The notes under the pieces are model-generated. The model had not been told where the DNA came from and did not search any database. It saw nothing but the letters and a program-made list of their open reading frames with translations. Positions 1 through 11,782 of a stretch of DNA of 64,000 bases are shown here, in pieces. This DNA comes from Phoronis australis (lineage: Eukaryota; Animalia; Phoronida): NCBI GenBank assembly GCA_002633005.1, contig NMRA01000927.1, positions 32,565-96,564 of the forward strand. The letters run 5' to 3'. The translations under genes were made by a program, and so were the position numbers. Within the stretch, counting starts at the first letter, position 1; each line of letters starts with the position of its first letter.

Positions 1-400
1 AGTTTATGTGCAAGTCTTAACGATTCTGCAGCTTGTTCTATTTGATCCGGGTTTGTCTATGACTTTATTTTGTGTAAAAGGTGTTTTTTGCCATTTGTGT
101 AAACAATGAAAAATCATTAATGGAAAGATACTGATCACATAGCCACGAAATAGGTTGCCATGGAAACTGGCTGACTTGTACAGATGAAAACTTTAACTGC
201 AATTAAGATTCTTCAGTTCGGGACGGAGAAAAATAAATTATTTTGCTCTGGTTCTGAGCTTGTACCTAGTCTTGGAAATAGACAATATTGGACGTCCCTA
301 ATTCAAGAATTGTGATAAAATACAAGTGATAATTCACCTCGATTTTACAAATGGTGGGTAAGCATGAAAACATTATTTTTTTACTAATTCGTGGAATACA

Positions 401-512
401 TGGTCTGTTTTCAGTCTTTGATGGTATAGAGCGTAGTGTCCAATAGTTGCTCTGGTCTGTTTTCAGTCTCTGTTTGTATATCTAGTGTAGTGTCCAATAG
501 TTGCTCGGGTCT
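401..512. repeat. ~52-bp tandem duplication
   Basis: TGGTCTGTTTTCAGTCT...GTAGTGTCCAATAGTTGCTC occurs twice. Confidence 0.85.
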
Positions 513-2710
513 AAATCCTGAGAATCAAGAAAATAAAATCAGTTTCAGTTTGAATTTAAGGATCCTAAATTTTAGAGGCAATCTCTAATTATCGTAGCTA
601 GCACCCATGTTGAAAACCATGTTTCCCACAAGAGTGTATGCAAAACAATTACTTTTGATAAGGGTTATAAAAATTTTTGTCTCTTTGTTTTTGCTCTGTC
701 CCCAGATTTTAAAACCTCTGTACTTCAAATATCCCTATGATAGAGTTCCTTTAGGTTTGCTGGAGTCACCAATTGTTTGTTTACCCAAGGGGCATTTTGC
801 TGAGCTGTTTTGCTGTTTAATGTTCAACTCTTAACCAAAGCTCTTTAGTAGGGTTTAAAAACATAATCTCGCTCATCCCATATTGAATTGTTGCCAAATT
901 AGCTGACAACTCAAGTCACGGGCAATGTCTACACGCGGCGTTTTGGAACTTGTAACTTTTAGAGGTGGCCAACCCAATAAATCCTGAAACGTTTTCTAGA
1001 TTTTTTCTGTAATAAAGCTGGGCAGTGTGTAGGTTGCCTATTGCAGCTCAGAAATTTTATTGGCCCCTACTTTTCAAACTAAGTCAAGCATAAAATATTT
1101 TCTGCCTCTGCCACAATGTGACTGTTTGCTGGCATTAAGCTGGGGCTTTGTAAGGGGCCTCTGGCTTTGTCACCTGTGCTACAAAACGAGAAGCACAAAA
1201 TACTTGACCCTGTTTTTTTTGAACATTTTGTTTTAAAATTGATGGTTTGAATTGATGTTTTGCTTCAAGATTTTAAAGGTAGAATCAAAATATGTGTTGT
1301 AAACTTGAGTTGCCACCTTATTTTTTTCAAAAGTCCAAGTATTTGTAAAACATATTTCGAAAGTGCTGTCGCACGTTTTTATGAGAAACAGCAGATTAAC
1401 GGTCTATTCCTCAGGCACAAGCATAGCCATTTCCATCCTAAATGGCTATTGATTTCTTTTATTGGCTTTCTGTACCTTGGCATATGTCGTAAAGATTGAC
1501 TACTGGGAAAAATACTGAGGTGAGAATTAAATAGCGATTGTGTGGAGTATTGTCAGGCAGTGTTAAAACTTTACATGTGTCGGAAGTTTTGTGATCTGTT
1601 CACATCATAGTGTATTATGAAATTCAGGCTTCAAGGAAACAATCCCTACAGTAGTTCTGTTGATGTGAAAGGAATTTACTTTTGGGGTACAGATAAAGGG
1701 TCACTACAAAGATATGAGGCCTACCTAATTTAGAGCCGATTATACTGTCCTAATGTTGAGCTTGCTGGTATTGTAAAAATTTGGTGTTCATTAAGGATGG
1801 TGATCTGTTCAGTTGTTTTATGGAAGGCATGAATTCATGCAAATCCAAATTACCCACGTACATCGTGACTCGGTACGAGTATAGGCTTTCCTGATATTTG
1901 CTTTAGGACAACTGCCACTGTAATACAGGAAGTTGTTAGTGGCAGGGAATTGACCTGATCAATTAGACTTTTTATCGTCTTATCGCTGTTGGCCTCATTT
2001 GTCAAGCTGATAGGAGTGCTGGGGTATTTTTGCATGTAATGAGGTGAAATATTGCGATTTTTTTTCTGCCGTAAATGAAACCGAGAGTAATTTTGAAATT
2101 GTTGGCACTGCATAATTACTGTGTTAAGAAGGTAAAAATTTAATCTGATCCCCAAAAATGTCAATTTCTAAACTGCTTTCTAGAGCAGTTTAATTACGAT
2201 TTCGCCTTGGAAGTTCGTAGTGAAAGTAGTTGAATCTTTCTATTGCATGAGGAATATGATGATCAGTGCTGTTACAAACAAGTTACACTGAAATATATTT
2301 GTGATATGTCGTGAATTTTGCAGGTTTGAGAAAGCTGTTATGTAGGACCATAGAAAAATGTCCAAAATTGACTACATCAAGTGCTTCAGAAAATCATATC
2401 TGAGAAATGACTTTTTGGATTCTCATGAAACTTTCAGATACTCTGTTTTATGCACTGGTTTCCAAATTTGCTTTTAGGAACGATTTTTAAAAGTGGAAAT
2501 CAGACTTTTGTGATTTTTCTGGAAAACTTAAATGATGCATAAAATGAAATTATCATTTAAAAATGTTTTTAGAATTCATTTCTCAACATTGCATCAATAT
2601 CAAGGTGGCTTTCTTTTTTTGCCAAAGTCATTTAAAAAACATGCTCACACTCAATCATTGGGAGTGAAAAATTAAAGTCAGTTTCTGCTTTTCTGAAAAT
2701 ATGTTCATTT

Positions 2711-2953
2711 AAAAACGGATGATCGCCGCACAAATAAAAAAGTTCATGTTCGATTAAACGTTTCGTCTTTTCATTAGACATCATCAGGATCATATTTACA
2801 ACACTTTAGGACAAGTGCCAATCATACAGCTCAGGTAACATCCATAGAGTGAAGTGAGAGATACATAGAATATGGTCAGTAGGTGGTCATCACCATTATT
2901 TGTGCAGCGATCGTCCGGTTTTTGATCTTATTGTGGCCAAAAACTGATTTAAT
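2711..2953 (-). mobile_element. Penelope-like element remnant with inverted ends and a degenerate hammerhead motif
   Basis: Inverted repeat 2711-2737 / 2896-2923 plus a ~30 nt tail; minus strand CTGATGA-TGTCT(AATGAAA)AGAC-GAAAC-GTTTA at ~2755-2787; flanking TATGTTCATTTA / TATGTTCGTTTA is a candidate TSD; a related copy lies at 54814-54911. Confidence 0.65.
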
Positions 2954-5900
2954 TATGTTCGTTTAGTTTGTAAAAATCTATAGTTTTAAAGATATCTAGC
3001 TAAATACTTTAGAGTAGTTGATAAGGTCCTACACAACCTTAGAGCCAACAAACCATGTTCTGGTGATCAACTCCCCTTTTCCAAAATAGCATCATCTTTG
3101 GTTGTATGGTGTTGGCTGATGGCCATGCTTTCTTGGCAACTGAAGGTAACCTGCTGTGTCAATGAACATGGTAAAAGAGACACCTGTCAGTTCCGAGAAT
3201 GGAACAGGAGGAGACCGATTTTATAACTATAACAGTAACTTTATAGTAAAAGGCCTGTATCAAAAATTATTTTTTGACTGACGCATGTTTAAATGTTAGG
3301 CCTTCTCTGTTTTTTCCTCAAAGTCTTGGGGCATGCAGCTAGTGGGCCTTTTTTTCCTAGCATTTCCCACTGTTTGTTGAAGTCATGTTGGAGCCTAGAA
3401 TAATGTCAAGTTTTGGCAAACTTCAAAATATCAATAAGTGGTTGACTGGATTCATATGTAACTGTCAGGTATTGTGGTTTATGCACTTTTCTCCGATACA
3501 GCTTTAGGGTTTGTTTTTAAACGTACGGTTCTACATTTGCATGAGAAGCTATCGAAAAAATACTTTTGATTTTCATGAAAAATAATGGAAAGTTGCTCAA
3601 AACAAATGAAACAGTGATTTAGAAAACTGTTACGGGGTTATTTGCATCAAGTGAAACTTGGTCGTGTTTTGATTTCATTGTTTTGCTATCAAACAACCTT
3701 TATTTTTGCTAAGTTTTACCAATCTTAAAAAGTCGAAATTCAAATTCTACACGTATTCCAGTTTCAGAAAATGTATCATTTTACTGCCTTAAAATCCATG
3801 GTTTTGTCCATATTGAGATCATGGTCCTACATGTGGTAACTTTTAACTGACAATTCACACTTCAAGATTAGTCCAAGTGATGTCTTCCTCTTCTCAAGTG
3901 GTCTGTGGTGGGAAGTTCTCCATTGAAGAACAAGTCCTTGCTCTTAGTGAAGAGATGTAAAATGGCTTTATGTGGTTTTGATCAAGCATCTTCATGTTTC
4001 ACACACTTAGGTTGTTGAAATTAGAATACAGACAACATTTCAGACTTAAGGAAAATATTATCTTCATTTAATTTCTGTAAAGGATAATTAGCACGAATCG
4101 CTGCTTTACTATTTTTGGTCCATTAGCTTACAATGGTTCCGTTGACAAAATTAAGATTTTGCAGTTATGACAGTTACTTGCTTTTGTAGATTTTAGGCAT
4201 TGTTGTTGTGTTTATAGAGTATTTCAGGTTATGTTACAACGTGGTGAATTTTCCTCAAATTCAAACAAAAATACATGTAAAAATTGGCATTTTCCTGTTT
4301 ATCAAAAGGTTGCAATTTGTCAAAACTTTCATTGTGAGTTTGTTGGTGGCAGCTGAACGTTATAAAAGTGCAAATAAGGAAGGGAAATTCTTTACCTGGT
4401 TACTTTTACTGAAAGTTTTGATAAACGAAAATTTTGTACTATACTACCATTTGTGTTCTAAACTTAAGAAAAGTTTTGAACACTGTTGTTATTGCGTGTG
4501 GACAAAAATGTCAAGCTTGAAAAAATTTTGCATTAATTTCAACCTTGTCAGTAATTTCAGTTGAGATTTTTAAGTTCGTGGATACATTCAAACAGGCTTT
4601 TCGTTTATGAAATATTCACGGTGGTCAAACTGCAGATCCTGTTTTTTTTTTGCACCCATCTGGTTTATGCTTCATGAGATGTGTGGGTGTGCACTTAGCA
4701 TAGAGATTTTGTGACTTGACACTTTAGTCTGATCCACTGCTTAGGGAGCTTAGGAACATCCGCAGGGATCCAACATTTGTTTTGGCTGGATTTTTTTCCT
4801 GAAGGTTAATTATAGGCAGGCCATTCTGTAATATGAAACTGTGTTTATGGTTGCAATGAAACCACAGGACTTCCCACTTCCTCAGGTACTTGTGTTGATA
4901 TGCCATTGACAACTGCCACTTTCAAATACTTGTCACTCATCAGGTGATAGATAGGTCTAGAAGGATTATTGAGCCATTCTTTGAGCCAGTCTGTATGATA
5001 TTACAATGTGACAAGTCTGATTGCATAATAAAGGGTAGGAGACACTGACAGAATGCTTTTGCTGATTGGTTGTTTAGAAGTGATGCCTACCTTCTATCTC
5101 TTCCTCTAGAACCTAGAGACTAGCCCGGTTCTTTGTATTCCAAATTTTTTGTTTTACGGTATACTGTAGTTTTTTTACATGGGTTAATGTTCCACTAAAC
5201 TATACATGGCTCCAAGCAACTGATATCCTATTCAACTTGTCTTGTAATTCTCTATTTCAGACAAAAGTAATTACCAAAATCGTCTTGTTTTCAAAGGCTG
5301 ATAACGTAGCTGGAAACTTAAGGAAACTTAGCTAAATGTTTGTATGAAACCGTCCCTACACAGTACAAATCATATTAGTAGTAGATGGACATTTTCATAA
5401 TCCTTTTTGTGTGTGGAGAAATTTGACAAAAAGAAAAACGAATTTCATTAGTCAGCCATATTGTGTGCTAAATAAGTTAAGAATTATACCATAATAGCCA
5501 TCTTCCCTCTCAAGAGAACTTTGTGGTTTTGTTTTGCACTTGTGTCTGTGCAGTTTTAGTTGGACTTTCCATTAGTCTAGTTTGTTTACAGTACTATCCT
5601 GAAATATGTCTGGAATTTGATATCCTGCTTTCTTGGCTGTTTTATCTTGGTTCAAAACTGCTCTGTTCTTTTTGTGCATTTCCAAGATGATGGTTTATTT
5701 CAAGATGGTGATACACAACCCGTATTTCATCAGAGGAAGCCAACTTTATCATTATAAAATCGGTCTCAAATTAGCTGCATTTACGTAGGAGAACAGAATC
5801 AAGAATCTTTATTTAACGTTGTTGGAAGAACAGATTAACCTTAGCCAGTTGGGCTACTTCTACGACATTAAATTTAACAGAAACGTGAAGAAAATGGAAC

Positions 5901-6989
5901 TCAAGCTAAAGGTGGAGAATAACACAGAGATACAATTGTAAATAAAAGTGAAGTTGTAATCCTTAAAGTATAGACAGCTGTCACAGAGCAACTAACTTGG
6001 AACCGTTGATCGGCGACACGGAGCGACTTGACACTGTGGCGGCCATATTTGACACCCGTAGAGTGAGTTGCACCATGTCAAGTCCCACCATGACAACTGT
6101 TCCCTGTGTAAAACAGCTTCTAGGGTTGAACTGTCAATTCGTTATTGCACAAGACAGTGCACCGCGAGGAATAATATGTCATGCCATGATAAGACATATA
6201 CTTGTACAGCCTTGTGTCAAGCAATTATGAACTGTCAGTTTTCCCCAAGTCCAAAAATCACATCTATTTTGTCTAAGGAACAATTACAGATCAGATGCCA
6301 TAATAGCAAGTGATCTAAATCAGAAGTTGTTTTTTTGACAGCGGTTTAAAGACCTTCACTTTACTGAGAGGAATGGTGCCCCCACAATTCTACCCGCTGG
6401 TCGTCAATGCCTTAAATAGCCATGTGAGCTTTATCTTGACAGGAATTTTTTAATCTTTGAAAGGGAATTTTGGAACCAGATAAGGGGTTTTCTGTGTGAT
6501 TTTTAAATAATTTTCGTAGGGGCTTGGGCCTGTATTTAGCCGTAAATTGAGGCATCAAAGACCCTGCAGTTACTTGACACCACATTTAAATTTATTTGTT
6601 AGTTTTACCAGTACACATCATGCAATGAAATGATCAATAGCACTGTCACATTCATTGTCTATTCTTAGTGTGAGCTATCCAACTGACAAAAGATATGCAT
6701 AAAAGATGGATTAGTATTTGCCTTGTTTTCCATGGTTTACCCAGATACTACCAGTGTGTGTATGTGTGTGTGTGTGCCTGGGTTAGATGGCATTCCATGA
6801 AAATCACGGCTGTAGAAAAGCTCTACATTTCACACGACATCAAAACTTGCCTTGATTTTTTTTCGGAAGTTTCGTTTCCTGATATTTTACTGTTGTGATT
6901 AGAATTTTGATTTTTTGACACCCAAGTTTGGCAAATGATTAGATTACTAGAATTCAAATCAAACCACATTAATTTTTTCCTATTTTGTA

Positions 6990-7699
6990 CCGTAAAGTCG
7001 CGGTCAACGCCCATCAGGCCTTTATCCAGGATTTTGGAAATAGGGTGTCCAAAATGGGGTTCCCAATATTCCAGGGCGTCCATGATTCCCACGTGTAACC
7101 CCCCACCCCCAGCAATACCCCCAAACACACAGATTTTTTTACAAAAAATGCATAGATCAAGGTTTTTACATCTAAGTTTATAAAACAGCCTTCTATGGTG
7201 AGTATTTCTACTAAAAAACTGTGTAGACCAAGACTTTTACAATGCTGTCAATCAAGTGTCAAAATAGCAACAATGCATATACTTTGTATATACATTGTAT
7301 GTTTCTTCCTGCTTTGAAAAAGAGCCTCCACTGTGAGCCTTCAGAGGCTTCCTAGTATTCATTACAATGTGTGAGTCCAAACTTGAAAGGTTCCTATTGA
7401 CAGTGGGCGTCCAAATGATACATTGGGCATCCTTGCCAGGGCATCCAGATTAGTGCTAGGGCCTCCATTTGAACGCCCAGGCCGTAGGCTGCATAAAGGC
7501 CTGACGCCCATGCCCGTGTTATCGCCCATCCCCAACTTCTGGTCAGTTTTCGGTTTTAAGCGCCCACTGCTTGGGTAATAGCCCATCCCCTACTTTCTGA
7601 AAATTTCCCCTAAGCGCCCACTGTTTGGGTAATCGCCCACCCCCCTGCCAAAGATTTTCCCATTTTAAGCGCCCTGGGCGTTAACCCACGAGTTTATGG
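6990..7699. mobile_element. Tc1/mariner (Tc2-type) MITE interrupted by a hAT MITE
   Basis: TA|CCGTAAAGTCGCGGTCAACGCCCA ... TGGGCGTTAACCCACGAGTTTATGG|TA; internal (AA/TC)GCCC subrepeats. Confidence 0.8.
7015..7503. mobile_element. hAT-type non-autonomous element
   Basis: TIR CAGGCCTTTATCCAG / CTGCATAAAGGCCTG; perfect 8-bp TSD ACGCCCAT (7007-7014, 7504-7511). Confidence 0.88.
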
Positions 7700-8193
7700 T
7701 ATATTGGAAACTCCAAAGCCGGTGTCGTTGCATTTGGTAATAATTACAAAAAATGATTGGGGTCTTTAAAAAAATCTGATTGCTGATTATTGTCTGTTAA
7801 TGGAAGGAAATGAAGCTTAAAAAATTGGTTAATTTGAAGTTTAACCACCTTATTTGCAAAACTACAGTACAGCAACTTCACTTTAAACTTGAGGGTAAGA
7901 ATTATGTCAGTCTTTGGTATGCTTTATTCACATAGTTGTTCACAATCCAAAATAAGTGTGACGTTTGTGTAAAATTTTCGCCTAAACTCCTAAAACAGAA
8001 ATTCAGCATTTTTTGGCCGTGGCTGTAGCCCCCTTCTGTATTCATTATGTAACCGGCAAAAATGAACACCGAGTGTCTGCCCATCACTGAGAGTACTAGT
8101 ATATGAATATCATGTATGACAAAGTTGTGGGGCAGTCTGATGCTGTTGTGAGCCCCGCAAGGAAGCTGCAAAAAGTGGAACATTTTGTATTTA

Positions 8194-8406
8194 CCGTAAA
8201 CGTTCGGGTTAACGCCCATGTTCACTTAACCGCCCGTCCCCAACTTTAGGTGGATTTCCAATTTTAGCGCCCTCTGGTCAGTTAAGCGCCCCTCTGCAAT
8301 TTTTTAGTATTTTTAGTTAAGCGCCCACCTCTCAGTTAACCTCCCATTCCCAAATTTTTGGGTTTGCCAATTTAACCAAACAAGGCGTTAACCCGAATGT
8401 TTACGG
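8194..8406. mobile_element. Tc2-type MITE, related to 6990-7699
   Basis: 23-bp TIR CCGTAAACGTTCGGGTTAACGCC with 1 mismatch; internal TTAAGCGCCC repeats. Confidence 0.82.
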
Positions 8407-9919
8407 TGTGTATTCAATTGATGTGGAGTGGTTTGAAATACAGGCATCAGCGTGAGTAAGTGTCTTTTTAGCATAAACAAGTTCTTCCACTTTTTTGGAA
8501 CTGTAGCCTTGAATTTCTTTTGTTACGATTCATTGATTTTGCTCCATACCAAAAAAATTTGAACACTCTTGGGGTGACTGATGTTTCAGGAATCCCTGTG
8601 TTTATTTATAGCTTTGCTAACCTCCGGTCTTTTGTTTCTCACCAGTGTAGTCTTCACGTTTTTTTTATTGGCAACTGGGTGTAGAAGTGGTTTTGTTTAA
8701 CCTTATTCTAAACATGTGTTTGGTATCATCCTTGTACCAAGTTACCTGACCAGACACAGAGGCTGGATAAGTGTGCACTGGTATTGCTGCTGTAGGGGTG
8801 GTTGAGCTTGCTTCTTGTTGAGCTGAGCTGAAAACAATGCAGCTGTACCTATCAATTACAAACGTGGGATTCAGAGAAAAGGAACAAGAAGTTGTTCATG
8901 TGAACAGCTTCCTGCTCCTTGCATTGCATGTTGGTGGGATAATTGTCTTGTGTTGACCATTTTATTAATTGATGAAAGTGGTGCGGCACGTACATGCCAG
9001 AACATGCCAGAGGAGAGATTTATGGGATATCATATCAATGCAGTTACAAACCTGGAATAACCTTGTCGTTCGGCTTAACCCCACCGTGAAATTTCTAGAC
9101 TTTCACTTTTAAACATCCCCCTGATACTTAGTTGAAAAGACCTGTGTTTCACAAAAAATTTAGCTTCCAAATTAGTGAAACTGGCTTGCATTTGAGTTGC
9201 AAACAAACTGTAAGAACATACCCTTACTTTGCTTACTGGGCTTTATTTGAGTCTTGTGCTCTAGTCTTCAGTAACATTTACGAGAATCGAACGTTTGAGC
9301 AAACTCCCATCCTGACTTCCCAAAAAGTTTGTTTTTAAAAGCCCATGATGTGCTTAATGGTTCTCCTTTCTGATTTTTGAATTCCGAATTTATGTGCCTT
9401 GTGCATTAACAAGGGACTAGGTAATATGGTATTTGCGCATGGCACAATCACTTAAAATTTAAGGGTATTGGGTATGTTCATATCTCTAGAAGTCCATTAC
9501 ACAATTTTCAATTGTTGCCATGTCAGGGTTTTGAATGCATCTTAATGCTTCTATGGCTTTTGATTTAACAGTCCTGAAATAACATTTCGGACATTCCCTT
9601 TGGTTGGAAATTGCATTTATTATGTTTTCTGATTGGCTTATTTTGAGAAATGCGCATCAATACTGCTCCATCTATTGAGAAATACGTCTTGTCGTGCCAC
9701 TGCTACAACAGAATTTACTAGATTGTTCCATACCTCACAAACTCAAACTCAGCATTGCAAGGCTTCAAACAAAACGACAAAACGATTCACTACATTTTTC
9801 TTGCTCTCTCCCTACGTTATGTAGGGCCCAACGAACCCTGATATGTGTACGACACAGGTCCAAATCAAGGCCGGGCGCTCACTCATCAATTTCGGATAAT
9901 GACGTCTAACATAGTGCTT

Positions 9920-11456
9920 GTAGCTGTGGCACAAAACTTGAAAAACGGAAAATTATTAATTTGGTGCTGCACATGTTGCTTGGAAAAAGTAACATAAATT
10001 TCATTTGTCGGCCGTATCATGTCCTAAACTAGACAGATTTTACCGATATCTTCAGGTCTATCTCTATCATCATCCTCTAAGAGGTCCACTCTCCCTATAG
10101 GTGGCACTGTGGCAAAGGTATAATGCGTCAAGAAATAAGGACTTGTCAGACCCAAAAACAATTTTTATTGTAGTTTGAAGCCTAAAACCACTAACCAATG
10201 CAGTGCATAATTGTTGCCTTCACGATTTTTAATTGGAGGCATTATGTTATTTAGACTCGAATGGTTATTTTTGAGGTCTTGTATTAGTCGTTTCTTTAAT
10301 GCACATACAACATGGCTACTATAATTTACATCCTGTGGAAGTCAATCATCAACTTAAAAATTTCCAGGCAAACGTTAAAGGCCTGGCTGATCCCAGATGA
10401 GGCAATTTTTTCTCCGTACTGAACTGAAAAAAGCGACATGATTGCTCTTTAGGTGTTTCCAGTCTATTTTGTGAGTCATTTTAATGTGAGATAAGCTCAA
10501 TAACTACGTGCCAGATTCAGACTAAAGTGTTTTTTATCAGTTGTAGATTAATGGTTTATTTTCGTCAGCTTGAACACCAGTTCTCTGATTGTAAAAACTG
10601 TTCAGTTTAGGAGACAATATGGCTGACAAGTGAAATTTCACTTCGTCAAAAATACAAGTTTTAAGTTATTTTTACTTCTAAGTCAGTGTGATTTTGTTTC
10701 AGACACCTTTATGCAAAAATGAACATACCTTTTTATTTTAACATTCACAGCAATTTACCCAGATTGAAATAAACTGAAGAATTTTAAGTTTTACTGTCTG
10801 TGGATATTTTTACCAAAAACACATGGAGGTAACTTGTTTGGTACCTATCCTCTGGTACATACATGTGATCTCATTGAAAATCGAGTAGAAGTACCTTTCA
10901 AGGACTGGCATGTCAGAAACACAACTCACCTGTTGGTAGGAAAACCTGACTAGTTCTTCCCGTACACAAGTTAGTTGCCAAGTTGGTTGGGTTTTGCATA
11001 TTTCACCAAACACTTCACAAAAAATCAACAAAAAGGAGCCATTAGGAGTTAGGACAACACGCCATGCAGGCAGTTATTGAGGCAACATCCGACTTTGTAA
11101 ACGGGTTTATAGCTTCAACTCCAACTTCTGCAGTCTTCACAAATCCTGGTAACCTATATATGAAACTTCTGTGTCGTCTAAGGATTTCTAATTTGTAAAA
11201 AATTTGACAAAGCAAAAAAATCTCACCAATGTCAGACAAAAATATTTGCCAAAATTACTTATTTTCATTTTTCAAGGGCTTATAACATTTTTTGAATTCC
11301 ATTAATTTTTCAAAACTTTGCCCATTGTTAGCTGTGGGACAAAAGTTAAATATAGAAATGTATTTTATTGGGTGCTACGTATATTTCTTAGAAAAATGGT
11401 TACATAAAATTTCGCTCGTTGGCCATATTGTGTCTTAAATGAGAGATTTTACCGTA
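9920..11456. repeat. Diverged ~125-bp direct repeat pair (9920-10045 and 11328-11456)
   Basis: Both read TAGCTGTGG(C/G)ACAAAA...GGTGCT...GAAAAA..ACATAAA..GGCC..AGATTTTACCG. Confidence 0.6.
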
Positions 11457-11635
11457 GCGAACTGATTTACAGGCTCAATTTTTTTTTTGCCTCAAACGGT
11501 TAAAATGTAAATTGGGTACAATTTCATTACTTGAAATATGAAGATCCAATAGCGAATGGTTGCGCAGTATATTGATTCATGCACTTGCGTGTTGACGCAA
11601 CACTTCTGGGTCACCAGCTGTAACTGTTGTTTCAG

Positions 11636-11782
11636 ATCAAACATGCGAGGATGGTAAATATGGTTATGAGTGTAAGTTCACGTGCACCTGCCAGGACAGT
11701 AACGAAGTTTGCGACAAGGTGACCGGTCATTGTCCCAGCTCACGCTGTGCAAAGGGAAAGTGGGGACCAGGATGTAGCTTGG
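11636..11782 (+). CDS. RPTP exon: EGF-like (laminin/MEGF-type) repeat 1
   Basis: ttcag|AT..TTG G|gtgagt; [48 protein letters not shown], 8 Cys; 147 nt, phase 1-1. Confidence 0.9.
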
